Assembly: GCA_951406725.2 (NCBI GenBank)
Contig: OX597835.1
Span: 12,524,001 to 12,588,000, forward strand
Source of the DNA: Octopus vulgaris
Taxonomy: Eukaryota
Direction of reading: 5' to 3'
Length of the DNA stretch: 64,000 nucleotides
The notes under the pieces are model-generated. The model saw only the letters and a program-made list of their open reading frames with translations, had not been told where the DNA came from and did no database searches. Of the stretch, positions 41,293 through 55,889 are shown piece after piece. How positions within the stretch are numbered: position 1 is the stretch's first letter; every line of letters starts with the position of its first letter. The position numbers were made by a program, and so were the translations under genes.

Positions 41293-42095
41293 TGTTTTGT
41301 TTTTGTTACATCGGTACATTGTGTGGGCGCATGGCCTAGTGGTTAACGGTGTTGCACTCACGATCAGATGATCGTTGGTTCGATTGCCGGACCGGCCGGC
41401 GTGTTGTGCTCTTGAGCAAATTCCGCTCCATCTTACGTTGCTTTTGCGACCATTTCGACACCTGACGTCGATTTGATGGCGGGCGCGAGCTAATTGTGGT
41501 GCACAAACATTCAATCACTATAAACGAAATATCCTGGAAGGATTCAAACTCAGATCACAAAGAGTGGTCGATAAATAAAGTACCAACGCTTTAACCACTC
41601 CGCTAACCCGCTGTCTTTATATTCTGATGGAAATAGAATAGTGGTTCCCGACAGGTTTTGTTCAAACGCCTTCTTTTGACCGTGTAAAAGCCATCAAGGT
41701 CACAGCATCACATTACACTCATAATATACGATATGAATTTAATAATTTTGGCATTTTCATTTTTCACCGCCTTCAACCCAGCAAATTTAGTCTAACGTCC
41801 CTTTTTGGGGCATTATATGATCCCCTTTCTTTGAAAAATGGTTCTAGACACATTAATCAAATAGATTACCTCCTAACAAATCAACCGAAAGATCGAGAGT
41901 TCGTGTCAGGTCATCGACACCTATTTCATAGAGGTAAATCCATTTAACTGTAAACAGGAATAAAACGACGAATAGAGCAAATCCTCAGAATACCCTAGAA
42001 GAGGTCACGGGTACTCACTCGACTGTACTCTGCCTTGTGAATCTTGTAGAAGTTTTACCCGGAGGAAAATACAACCGACAAGGGTACATTCAGGC

Positions 42096-42236
42096 CAGTC
42101 ATAGGCAAACTGCGGCCCGTGGGAATTTTTGAATGATTAACGTAAAATTACCGTGAATTTTTTTGTAGTGCGGCTCGCTTCATGATAAGCCATGTCGCAT
42201 GCGGCCCACTTCCCGAATAAAGGTTGCCTATACCCG
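42096..42236. mobile_element. hAT/Charlie-like MITE
   Basis: CAGTCATAGGCAAACTGCGGCCC ... GCGGCCC...GTTGCCTATACCCG, with repeated GCGGCCC subterminal motifs. TSD not clear. Confidence 0.55.
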
Positions 42237-43950
42237 ATCAAGATGGCTTTCCAGCCTGCTAAAAATAGTAGCTAAATCTTCTTCAAATCACACCTTACTG
42301 TTTTCAGAAAAGAAGACACATTGAATGATACAGGACTAGATATACAAGAAAAAAAAAATTAAAATATTAAAACGGGATTGTCACGGCTGGGAAATTTATG
42401 AGCGTAGATTTATTCGTTCAGAACCACGACGACGACGGCCACCACCACCGCCTAAACCACCACCACCACCACCACCACCGCCGCCACCGCCGCCACCGAT
42501 ACCACCACCACCACCACCACCACCACCACCACCACCACCACCACCACCACCACCACCACCACCACCGCCGCCGCCGCCGCCAACGACAACAAAAATAATC
42601 TCAACATGAGAGATTCTAATTCTGTGTACATCTCGTAAAGACATTTCACTTTTCCATTACTAATTATCTTTTCTTAATGGACGTAGTAATTAATGAATTC
42701 TGGTTTTATTATTCAACCAATAATTTTATGGTTAGTTAGCTGGGTTGTTAGTTGGAGGTGGGCCGGGCGGGAGAGGAATCTGACCACTGCCAATCATTGT
42801 AACAAGCAGATTTGTCATATTGATAATATTACTTCGAACATTTTCTAGCAGAAACAATATAGAAACAAAATAGAAAAAAAAAAAAATAAAAATGAGAAAA
42901 TACAAAAAAAAAAAAGATTGTAATTTCTATTAATTTTTCTCAACTGTAAAAGTTATTTATTTATTTATGGTTTCTGCTTTTCAAATTTCCTATAAATTTC
43001 AGGCATTTCAAGACATTTCTGCCGTTATTAATGTTTCTGTTTTTTTTTGTTTTTTTTTTAATCAGAGGCATTGTTGGAGTTGCTATGGTAAATCCTGATA
43101 AAAGTAATTATATTTTGAAGTACGACACACGTCAGGAAATAATATTGGTTATCAAAAGATAAAAAAATCTCGTTTTGTTTGAATGAAACCGGTCCCAGTT
43201 TATTACTGGTACTCGGCAAAATTTTGAACTTGGCGTTTTACCATTTTAGTCTTTGCTTGTTTCAGACATTGGGCTGCGATCATGGTGAGGCACCGCATGG
43301 AAGGGTTTTAGTCGAACAAATCGGTCCCAGTACATATTTTTCTAAAAAAAAGGATCTTGTAGTATGGTACTTAATCTATCGCTCTCTTCCCTCCAGCCTC
43401 TAAGTTATGGAGACGTAAGCAAACCAACATCGGTTGTCAAGCGGTAGGGTAGAGCGCAACACAAAGGGACACACACTCACGCACATACATACGTATACAA
43501 TGGTAGAATGCCTTTCATTGTGTACTGGAGATGTGAGTTCATGTTCCACGGACAGTCCTCGATATTTTTTTTATTTAAGGGGGATTTTAACACGCTATCA
43601 GCACATTATTATCCATAACATTAACTTCTTCAAGATCCACCCTTCAAATAGATAAATAAATAAAGAATTATACAAACACACACGCACACAAACACATACA
43701 CACACTCACGCACACACACACACATATATATAGGGGGAAAGTAAAAAGAAACACAAAAAATGCACATTAGGTATAAAGGTATTGGCTTTTTTTTAAAAAT
43801 AAAAACAAAGTTATATACATACAAATAAATGGTTTGAGGTGGAATTACGAAGTATAAAAATCATTATTATGACTCATTACAGAAAGTCAAAGTCATACCG
43901 GTTTCGTCAGAGCTGACCACTGACTTTGAATCAACACCGATTTCCAAACC

Positions 43951-44028
<78 letters not shown>

Positions 44029-44322
44029 TCAGGGGCGTGCAGTGATCTTTCTGACTGGGGAAGCAATGACCAAAATTTTCTGTCATAAAAATCACATTTT
44101 ATATTAAAGGTGTTCTGTAATTTGAAAAAGTATAAAATATTAGTTGAATACACTCAGAACATTACGCGTGTTATCTTTTCACCGTTTTGCTGATGGAAGC
44201 AGAATGTCAAAATGCTTCCCTTTTCGTATGTAAGTGTTACATAACGGAAAATTATATATAACGTAGGTATTGCGAATTGACAGAAACTTAATCTAAGCGT
44301 GTAAGTATTTATTCGTATTTAA

Positions 44323-44409
<87 letters not shown>

Positions 44410-44431
44410 GAATATATATATATATAAATAA

Positions 44432-44474
<43 letters not shown>

Positions 44475-44496
44475 ATATAAGATATATATATATATG

Positions 44497-44633
<137 letters not shown>

Positions 44634-45509
44634 GTATCTATATATATATATTTATCAAAAGAAAAACAGGATGCAAAGGATTTTGCGGTACATATGTTTC
44701 TGGCTTTATTGAACAATTTATATCAATGCATAATTGATATAACATGTAGGTCAACAGCCTTCTGTCTACCAAATGCTTTCACAAGGTATTGCTTTGTCAA
44801 GAGCTTATGGCAGGAGACATTTGCTCAAGGAACTGAACCCAGAACCATGTGGCTGCAAAGTAAGGTTCTGAACCATGCAGCAATGTCTGCGCCTTGAAGA
44901 AGAGGGACTAAATACGTTTAGATGTCCTTCATTCTGTAAATTCCACCACTTTCAGAGTTGGTAATCCTCGTTTAAAACCGGCTCCAATTCACTCAGGCTG
45001 ATAACGAATACGTTCGAAATAAGGAGTCTGCTTCTATGTGGTCGCTCAACATGCTAGAAATTACAGCCGGAGGTAAATCTCAAGCGACACTGTATTGCCT
45101 TGAAAAAGAGAGGGGCACACTGGATAATGGATTCCAAGATGCGCAATGCTTGAGTGAAATGAGGAAATGTTTGTTCACGACAAGAATACTATGCTCTGTT
45201 TGCGTTAACAACAACAACAACAACGACGATGACGACGACGACGGCGACAACAACAACAGCAACAACACTATTCTGCTGCTGCCATATCTGGGACAGTGCT
45301 ACTGCTCTACATCCAAATATCCAAGACTGAGCCCCCAATCATGCCACCAGACTAATTGATAGGGACTCAAATGTCCCTAATATTGCGCACCGTATTACCT
45401 TTCAAACAATAATTATAACACGAAAAAGAACTCATTGGATAATGTAGGCCGGTGATGGCCACGATTGGAATACCTAGACTAAACAACAACAACAACAACA
45501 ACATCAAGT

Positions 45510-45870
45510 GGAGGCGCAATGGCCCAGTGGTTAGGGCAGCGGACTCTCGGTCGGAGGATCGCGGTTTCGATTCCCAGACCGGGCGTTGGGTTTATTGAGC
45601 GAAGACACCTAAAGCTCCACGAGGCTCCGGCAGGGGGTGGTGGCGACCCCTGTTGTACTCTTTCGCTCCAACTTTCTCTCACTCTTTCTTCCTGTTTCTT
45701 GTCCCCGACTTCCTACGCAACCACTGAGCCTGGATGCGCATTCATCCATCCATCGATGCTCTCGGTGTCGGGGGTTGACCTGCTTTCTCTTCTGCGGGTC
45801 TTACGAATAGCAAAGGACCACGTTTCGGACTTCTTCCAACTTGCGACCTCTGGGACGAAGACCGTTCGCT

Positions 45871-45900
<30 letters not shown>
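45510..45900 (+). mobile_element. tRNA-derived SINE (head type 2 + different tail Y), inserted in a (CAA)n tract
   Basis: The first ~190 bp match the 16657 element and then diverge. CAACAACAACATCAAG occurs on both flanks. Confidence 0.85.
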
Positions 45901-45902
<2 letters not shown>

Positions 45903-46705
45903 TCAACAACAACATCAAGAACAAGAGTAGCGGCAGTAGCAGCAACAGCAACAGAGCCATTCTATCTTTTCAACAGCTACCACCGTAACCGCTGCCCCAA
46001 GGAGCTAACTGGTCGTCTGCTATTTCTGCTTATGTATTGGTGGCAGACGACCCCAAATCTCCCTCGTAGCATCTTATAAAAATGGAAGAGGACATCAGAT
46101 AATGTGGTCTTAGATACATTGTGTATGCAAACGAAAAGAAAGAAGACGTGATGGTGATATTTGAAACGCATTGGTCTGCTGGAATGGAGCTAACAAACAA
46201 CAATATCACACTTCATAAATTTCAGATGAGATGTAGATGTTTACCAACAGTCTGTCGTTTGGAATTTTACTCTCACCAGAATCTATAGCATACACTCATT
46301 AATAAAACAAAGAATGAAGACCACACACGCGCCTGCGCATGCACACACACAAATAGATATACATACATGTATATATTTACATATAATATACATATAAGCA
46401 CACACGTACATATATGTATGAATGTGTGTGTGTGCCTATATATATGCATATATATATATATTTCTCATATAAAATAGTGTACGTATTTATACACAAAATA
46501 TGTGACATTTAACAGGACACCTTACATGATAGAAAGGGCAGTTAAAGCCCAAACCACGAATAAGAGTAATTTCAAAAGGAATGAAAAATAAAAATAGTTT
46601 TATAGTTACTCTTAGACTCGAGTTTCTACATCAATATATATAAACACGAAAGAAAATGGAATTCACAGGACACGAATATAAAATTATCATATATATGTAT
46701 ATATG

Positions 46706-46866
<161 letters not shown>

Positions 46867-46894
46867 GTACATATATATATATATATATATACAG

Positions 46895-46975
<81 letters not shown>

Positions 46976-48168
46976 CACACAGACACACACATATATATGT
47001 ACATATGTATATTTATTTATTTATGTTCAACCGTCTATAATGACAGGCCCTCAGAGATTGGTGCAATCAATATCGATTTGCATAATCTCTAAACCCATAG
47101 CTTTCGCAAGACCTCAGAGATTTGTGGAATATCGATATCGATTTACACCAGTCTCTGACGGTCTGCAGAAGGCATGGGTCTGCCATCTTCTTCCAGAACA
47201 ATCCGTTAAAAATGATAATAACAAAGAATTCCTTTCTCAGATTCTAATGCTTATGATGTTCTGTTTTCTCTCATCGTGTACAAAATCTGAGGGCATTCTC
47301 TTAACGTGCACAATAAAATATAGTTAGTCCTCTAGACATTATTGTTTCGAGTCCTAGAATTTATAGAAATGCTTACCCAGGTTCCTTGGCATATAAATGA
47401 TCGAAATTCCAACATCCCCCTCATCCTGAATCGCGGAGAGGGATTCCAGCTCGTCGCGGGGGTACTTATTCATAGATGTGTGAACCGGAGCAACGGGAAA
47501 TGAAGTGTTTTGCTCAAGAACACAAAACGCACCGGTCGACGACCGGGAATTGAAACCACGGTTTGTCTACCCCGAATGCCCACGCCTTAACCACTAGACC
47601 ACCCGCCTTCACTTCCCTAACGTATAAAGACATTGAAATAGAGAGTTGGTAGGATCGTTAAAACATCCGGCAAAATGTTTTAAGGCCTGTGCTCCGGTTT
47701 TTACAGCCTGAGTTTAAATCGCACCGAGGTTGAAAATTATTTTCCCTCCTGTGTCGATGAAGGAAAATATCAGTCAAATATTAGGGTGGGAGGCGATAGA
47801 ATCGATTATGACAATCCCACAAAATTTCTGACCTTGTGCCTAAATTACAAAAGTTTGGAGTGTCGAGGAAAAAAAAACCTTGCAATATTTCTTCCGACTC
47901 TACGTTTTGAGTTCAAATCCGGCCGAGATCAACTTGATTTTTTTATTCGTCTGAAGCCACTGAAATAAAATACCGTGTTCGATGGCATAAAAGCGCTCAT
48001 TTTGTTTTTAAAAATAGAGTTAAAAAAAAAAAACCGCGCCAGGTCCTCCTGTATAAGAAGTTGGGCCTCTTATAACCTGATTTTGTCCCTGACACTCATT
48101 TCTAAAGACCAATTCTAATTCTGATAGTCTCTTCTACTTAACCTTACTCCTAAATAATAATAATGATG

Positions 48169-48226
<58 letters not shown>

Positions 48227-48230
48227 TGAC

Positions 48231-48272
<42 letters not shown>

Positions 48273-48853
48273 AATGGTGGTTTCAAATTTTGGTTTAAGG
48301 CCAACATTTTCGGGTGAGGGGGCAAGTTGACTGCATTGACCCCAGTGCGCAACTGGTACTTATTTTATTGACCCCAAAAGGATAAAAGTCAAAGTCGACT
48401 TCAGTGGAATTTGAACTCAGAATGTAAAGACGGACGAAATTCCACTAAGCAGTGGCTCTCAAGTGATTGGAAGTGTTATCACGTACATTGTTTTGTCTTG
48501 GTATAAAAAATGGGCTACAGCAAACATTCTGCTCAATACCACAGATTCGCTTGTCCGTTGTTTGACCTTAACCACTTGAGTATGTCCTTTCATCGCTGCT
48601 GATATGTGCATCTCTGATCATGAGCAGAAGTAGTTGGGGAGCATTAGAGCCATCTGTTGAAAGTTTGGGGTTTGGATCATTCACCTTTGGAAACATGGGT
48701 GTTTCGTTCAACATCCTTAAACAACACTTATTCAGGGACCTTTTGAGCGACTTTACCTTTCATCCTTTCGGGGTACCAGTGAAACACTGGGGTCGATGTA
48801 ATCGACTACGCCCCTCCCCCAAAATTTCAGGCCTTGTGTCTATAGTAGGAGGG

Positions 48854-48913
<60 letters not shown>

Positions 48914-48916
<3 letters not shown>

Positions 48917-49072
48917 TAGTTTTATTTTTATAGCGTGCTTTCACTTCACTACCGAGCGCAGCTCAGTGTGCCATAGGTATGTGCTGTGATTTGTTGTGAT
49001 GCTCTGTTGGTTATTGTATGGAAAGTGTTCTGCGTAGGATGTGTGCAGTGCCTAGTAGTGCAATTTTCTGTA

Positions 49073-49076
<4 letters not shown>
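48914..49076 (-). mobile_element. Extreme 3' end of a third R4/Dong-type element inside (TAA)n
   Basis: Minus strand NIQKIALLGTAHILRRTLSIQ* plus 3' UTR; (TTA)n on both flanks. Confidence 0.8.
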
Positions 49077-49108
<32 letters not shown>

Positions 49109-49924
49109 CATCATCATCATCATTATTAATTTGACTCGGGTTTGGTCTTATTCCTGGCAGGATTTATATGGGTAGCGGGTTACCACCTCTAACCTTAGGT
49201 ATTCCGAAAGCTTTCAATAGTCTTTCAAGTGATTAAATCCCTCCTGATCAGTTCCCAAATGCACGTTTCATGCTATAGCTAAAATACTTTTGTTATGCTT
49301 TCCAATGTCTTTAAATATTGTATGCTTTAATGCACTAAAATAAACACCTTTATTCTCCTGAATACGTGCAGCTGAAAGTGGGGCACGTCTTATACGCCCG
49401 TGCATCCTATAATCCAATCAAATACAGTTCTAGCCACGTACAGGAATCGATGCAGTCTATAACCTCCTCTCTATAAAAATTGCTGGCCTTGTGCCTAAAT
49501 TAGAAACGAGTATTACGTTTATTCTTGCCATTTTATACTGGGATCACCGTTATTTCTATTTTTCTTTTTCTTCGGGACATATATTGATCGGTTACATATC
49601 GATTTCACCCGCTTTAAACGTCTTCAACGATACGCAATAAAACGACCGCATTTTTACACACACAACCCACCCGTTTCTCTCTCTCTCTCATTCTCTGTCA
49701 CCCCAAACAAATAAACGCAAACTCTCTCACACACACACGCATACACATACTCACAAACACACACACACACTCACAAGCGCACACATACACACATGCACAT
49801 ACAAACACACATACCCGACTGTAATTCTAAATCTTAATTTAATCTGTTGCATAAGAAATAAAATATTTAGGCTTCCCGACAGTTTTACTTATCTAAAACA
49901 ATTTTATTTTTGTTTCTATCCTAC

Positions 49925-50530
49925 TCCACCCTGCCTCCTCCTCATCCCCTCCCACTCCTCCCCTCCTCCTCCTCCGCCTCCCTCTTCCTGTTCTCGTCGT
50001 CTTCTCCTTCTTTTCTTCTTCTTTTCTTCTTCTTCTTCCTTTTCTTCTCCTTCTTCCTCTCCTCCTCCTCTTCTTTCTTCTCTTCTTACTCCTCCTCTCC
50101 CTCCTCTTCCTCTTTCTTTTCTTCTTCCTCCTCTCCCTCCTCCTCTTTCTTCTTCCTTTTCTTCTCTTCTTCTTCCTCCTCCCCCTCCTCCTCTTTCTTA
50201 TCTTCTTCCTCCTCCTCTCCCTCCTCCTCCTCCTTCTCCTCCTCCTCTTTCCTTTTCTTCTTTCCTTCCTCCTCTCCCTCCTCCTCTTTCTTCTTTCCTT
50301 TCTTCTCTCCTTCTTCCTACCCCTCCTCCTCCTACCCCCACTCTTTCCTTTTCTTCTTCCCTTTCTCCTCCTCCTTCCTTTTCTTCTTCCCTTTCTCCTC
50401 CTCCTTCCTTTTCTTCTTCCCTTTCTCCTCCTCCTTCCTTTTTTTCTTCCCTTCTCCTCCTCCTCCTTCTCCCCTCCTCCTTCTCCCCTCCTCCTTCCAC
50501 TTCCACCTCCACTTCCTCTTCTCCTTTTCC
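49925..50530. repeat. ~600-bp polypyrimidine/polypurine low-complexity tract
   Basis: Almost exclusively C/T on the + strand, with internal ~30-bp tandem units near 50345..50450. Confidence 0.95.
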
Positions 50531-51884
50531 TGTATTCAATAGACATTGTTTTATTTTTACCGGTTTCTGAATATCAATTGGCTTTAATGACTTCTCTCTT
50601 CTTCATCTTCCTTTTTTACCAATTCTCTCTCTACGACTACAATAAATGGTAAACTGCAATAGAACATCCATAAATATTGCAGTGTCTCTTAATGAAATAC
50701 TTTGTTTTACTTTCACTCTTCGCAGAGACATTAATGCTTATTTATTTAAACTGTTGTTATCTTTCGTATCTAATGGCTTCGTGTTTACTTTCTCTTCTAT
50801 TCTCCATTTTATTCCAAAAGAATATTGGCTTTTAGAAGCCCGATATATAATTGAAACCATCTAATGTTGTGAATCTTGTTTGTGAAACAAAACTTTTCAC
50901 TTCAGCTTCTTTTGTTTAGTCGTGGAGAAGGATTCTGTACGGGTTTTCGTGAAATGAATAGAGATAAATCGTTTAACAAAGACGTTTAACCCATCGTCTG
51001 CCCAAAGCGCTTTCGTAAGTTTCTCTTAAATCTACCGGCTTCTTTTCCGTCTTCTAGTCATCCCTTCATTCATATGTTTTACTCTTTTACTCTTTTACTA
51101 TTCTACTTGTTTCAGTCATTTGACTGTGGCTATGCTGGAGCACTGCCTCTAGTCGAGCAAATTGCTTTCCTTTTGTGATAGACAACTATCACGCAGAAAA
51201 TACCAGCTTCCAAATCCCATTTTCTGATTATGTGAAAATGATCAAACTTTAAACCTCTGTAACATTTTCGTACAATTTTTCTCGAACAAATGAGTAACAA
51301 AATCGGATTCAGCGTGAAAAATTGCATCATTATTCCAAATTTGAAAATTAACTCTTAATTTTAAAATTTCAACTTCTGAAAAGACCAGAGAACAGCAGAG
51401 AGACAGTAAGTTATAAGACTTAGGTGTACGTGAATTGGGGTGGCTCTTTAAATTCTGAGTTCGAATCCTATGGAGGTCAACTTTGTCTTTTACCTCTCCT
51501 GGATCGACAAAATAGAGATCCAGTCAGGTAATAAGTCGATTTAAGGTCCCCTTTCAAAATTGCTCATCTTGAGCCTAAATTAGAGACGATTTGCACAATG
51601 GCTTCAGTGTCGGGAAAATGCCTTGCGGTATATCTTCCGGCTCTTTATATCATAAGTTCAAATCTCGCCAAGCTTAGTTATGCTTTTTATCCTATCGGGG
51701 TCCATAAGATGAAGTAACAATCAAATACTGAGATCGAAGTAACAAGTTAGTCTCTACCTCAAGAAATTCTTGTCCTGGTACGTAAAAATTAGTCACCATT
51801 ATTTCAAGAACGTTATTCCACCGAGGTTGACTTTGCCTTTCATATGTTCAGAGTCGATAAAATAAGTACAAGGTTCGGTGGAGG

Positions 51885-52420
51885 AAGCTTGCCGCTACAT
51901 CCATTCCACGTAATGTTGTTGGCTGTCTTTAGATCATCTTGAACTGCCCTTCGCCAAGTGATCTTCGGCTTGCCTTTTTTTTGTGTCTGCTATAGGGTGG
52001 TACCAAAATCATAGCTGTTTTCGAGCGCTGTTGATCGGTTAGACGGAAAATGTAGCTAACCAGGTGGAATCGGCACTCTGCTAAATCTTCTGTAGTGGAC
52101 ATGACTTGTCTCTTCTCAGAATCTTCTCATTTATGACCTGGTCCCGCCAGTTGAGCCTTAAGATTTGTCTGAGTCACCTTCGATGGAATATATTTAGTTT
52201 TCTATCCGTCCCTAGTGTTCTTCAAAGCCAAGTTGGCAGTGATCGAAGCTGGAAGAACATTGGAACTATACAGAGGAAATTTCACAGCGGTACTGATGTG
52301 AATGCATACGCTAGAACACTGCTAGCACCGTTCCAATCCCGCAGTCCATATCCAGTTTCGCATCACCAGAGCTGCTTACAACTCGATCCAGGATATTTAA
52401 ACCAGTGTGGACTTTGCTGA
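51885..52420 (-). mobile_element. Decayed RTE-clade LINE fragment (post-RT region)
   Basis: Minus strand KLNIFHRR*LRQILRLNWRDQVINEKILRR...GKPKITWRRAVQDDLK. Confidence 0.75.
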
Positions 52421-53016
52421 AGACACTCAAGAATCTATTGACGCATTTAAAACGAAGAACAAATTAAGTCGACCAACCATATTAATACAAATAGAAGCTT
52501 TCACTAACGTTTAGAGATGCATTTAGTTTGTAGATAAGAAAACAAAACTAAACTAAACATCACGACAGATTTTCTGACGATATATTTGGTATGGCGATAA
52601 AATTGCCATCGATGTTTTAGCTATCTTGCAATGAAATTCTACGTGATGAAATTAAAAGAGTTTTCTTTTCTCTTTTCCTTTTTAACCACGATGTAAAGAC
52701 TCACGATAAATATACAGCAACGAATTTATCGAACAAATTCCAAAACATGTATTTTTCTTAAATAGCATATAGGTGTGTAGGTTTTCTTATTTTCTCTATG
52801 TGAGACAAAATTTACCGGGTTTAGTCTATTTTCGTATGTGGTGTGTACAAATTGCTGCTATATAAAAATGATCGTCTGAAAGGAACTTGCTATGAATAAA
52901 CGATAAAAGTTTTGAATAAGTATTAAAAAATTCGATCATTATTAGTAAGACTTCGCCTTTCTTAAATAAATAACTGAGTGTGAGAAAATTTGTCCTCTAA
53001 ACAGGAATGTTATTCG

Positions 53017-53084
<68 letters not shown>

Positions 53085-53208
53085 AAAATATGAATTAGAG
53101 ATAAAACTACTATTAGGCAACTCAAACTAATACATAAATAACAAATAATATAAATATAATATAGCCATACTCCCTAATATTAGTATATATATATATATAT
53201 AAGCATAC

Positions 53209-53259
<51 letters not shown>

Positions 53260-54093
53260 TACATACAGTTATATATATATACATGCATACATACACACGT
53301 ACATATATACGTCCATGTGTAAATATTTTGCTTAATATTATCATATATATCTTTATATGTTTTAAAAGCATATTCGTCGGTTTTAAGTCATGAGATATCT
53401 TCCTCTAATTCTTTATTTTCCTCTCCTTTTCTTTTTATTCTCTAAAAAAATCAATATCCAATTTTCCAAATATGGTCACATTTTCGGTGATATCTCTGTA
53501 CTTAACTTCTTCCTATAATTCCACAAAGATATATTTTTTTCTTTTTGTTTTGTTGAATTATTTATTTTTTTTGCATGAATATTATGTAATATTTCTGTAA
53601 AAAATTTTATCCCCGAAGACGCGTTTCTAAACTATAAAATATTTGCCTTATTGTGAGGATTAAAATATATATTTGAGAGCGAACACCTACATGCCGAGTG
53701 TGTTGCTACAGTCCGCCTCCAAATGCAGAAGCCGACCTCCCATCATGTGGTGAAGTAACTCTGTAGGGTTTCGGTCCTCATTCATTCATACATACATACA
53801 TGCGTATATGCGCATACTACATATAGATGCATATACACACATGCATATATTCACACAAAGATGTGTGTGTAAGTCGTCTAAGGATCCAAAAGTCAGGAAA
53901 AAATGCACATGTATATCTGTCAAGAGAGTGGATATATTATCCAAAGTGAACAGTATCATATATCCATTACGGCCGATCTTACCAATCGGTTTCACACTAG
54001 GGATTCAACGGAGTGTTATGTAACAATACGATTATGTAACTCTGCGCTCATCAGAGGTATATAATGGATATATAATACTTTACACTTCGGATA

Positions 54094-54124
<31 letters not shown>

Positions 54125-54815
54125 TGTATGAGTGTGTGTGTGTGTGTGTGTACACTCGCGCGTCTATATATTTATATGTACCTATGTATGAATGTATGTG
54201 TGTATGCATTTGTTGACTAAATTGTGAAAGATCTCTCTTGATAAAGGAAATTTAAAATCAGCAAGTTAATTACAAAGACGCATAAGACGAAGAGGAAAAA
54301 TACAGCGAACTATTCATCAAAGGAATAAAACGAATAAAAACCAAAGTATTTCGTTTGGAAATGGTCAGCACATTTTTGAACAAGTTGAACCGTTTGGAGT
54401 CACAGAAAATAGAAAAAATAGAAATAAAAATAAGAATAAAACGATTTTATCAGAAAGTGCGCAAAAGCAAAAATTGCAAGTTATTGTCAGTGTCTGGGCA
54501 GTAAAGAATACTAAAAGAATTAATGGATGGAATCCGGATCGAAGATAAATTATATAAGACAACATCTCCACAACGTGATGTAACAAGAGAAGATGTTATC
54601 CAAGAAGCTGAATGCATTTATAACTGGAAGTTATTTATTAGTATCAGGATATTGAAGAACTGATTTTATCAGCGATTCAGCGAAAGTGGCTTCTAAATTG
54701 TTGGTCAGCCTGCTTGAAGTGCTAGAGAAAAAGAAAGTGTTGAGTTGTTCTCGCGAGAGGGAGAGCGGGAACCTAAGCGGTCATTTATATTGCGATTTTA
54801 TAGTTTTAAAGGAGT

Positions 54816-54894
<79 letters not shown>

Positions 54895-54899
<5 letters not shown>

Positions 54900-55115
54900 G
54901 GAAAGAAGAAAAGACGTCAACAAGAAACTATGACATTACAACCAGCCAGGAACAGTTTTCGCTACATTTGCGGTACCTGCCAGAGGGAGTGTTTGTCCAG
55001 GATAGGACTACACAGCCACAGCAGGAAATGTATCAGGACATGAAATGTAAAAGCCGGACTAGACTATTTTATGCGCAACTCCATTATCTCCCGAGACAAA
55101 AAGGATGCCAACAAC
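54895..55115 (+). mobile_element. 3' end of an RTE/BovB-like LINE (C-terminal zinc finger and tail)
   Basis: YICGTCQRECLSRIGLHSHSRKC followed by a short UTR ending GGATGCCAACAAC. Confidence 0.75.
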
Positions 55116-55363
55116 ATAGTTCTGTGATGGAGCTAGTGAACTGCGAGAAGAAAATATGAGGATCATCGTAATCAGCACACAAGTTTGCGTAGTTAAGGTC
55201 CTATGTAGTTCCCATAGCCACCCAAGAGACCTGCTGGGGAAACTCACTCGCAATGATAGACAGTAGAGAGTGAGGACGATATCATCCAAGTGTGGCTATA
55301 AAACCTCTCTTAACTCATATTCAGCAGGCTTCAAAGAAAGGAAAGGCACTACTATATAATTAT

Positions 55364-55889
55364 TATTTCTTTATTGCCCACAAGGGGCTAAACATAAAGG
55401 GGACAAACAAGGACAGACAAACGGATTAAGTCGATTATATCGACCCCAGTGCGTCACTGGTACTTATTTAATCGAAAGGATGAAAGGCAACGTCGGCCTC
55501 GGCTGAATTTGAACTCAGAACGTAGCGGCAGACGAAATATCTATTTCTTTACTACCCACAATGGGCTAAACACAGAGGGGACAAACAAGGACAGACAAAC
55601 GGATTAAGTCGATTACATCGACTCCAGTGTGTAACTGGTGCTTAATTTATCGACCCCGAAAGGATGAAAGGCAAAGTCGACCTCGGTGGAATTTGAACTC
55701 AGAACGTAGCAACAGACGAAATACCTATTTCTTTACTACCCACAAGGGGCTAAACACAGAGGGGACAAACAAGGACAGACAAACGGATTAAGTCGATTAC
55801 ATCGACTTCAGTGCGTAACCGGTGCTTAATTTATCGACCCCGAAAGGATGAAAGGCAAAGTCGACCTCGGCGGAATTTTAACTCCGAAC
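55364..55889 (-). repeat. Tandem array of three ~184-bp headless SINE family C units
   Basis: Units start at 55364, 55542 and 55726 and are joined at GACGAAATA(T/C)CTA|TTTCTTTA. Confidence 0.9.

Noticed and set aside
49893-50546. Protamine-like Arg/Lys-rich ORF
   Set aside because: It is simply the purine strand of a low-complexity tract; several frames are open for compositional reasons.
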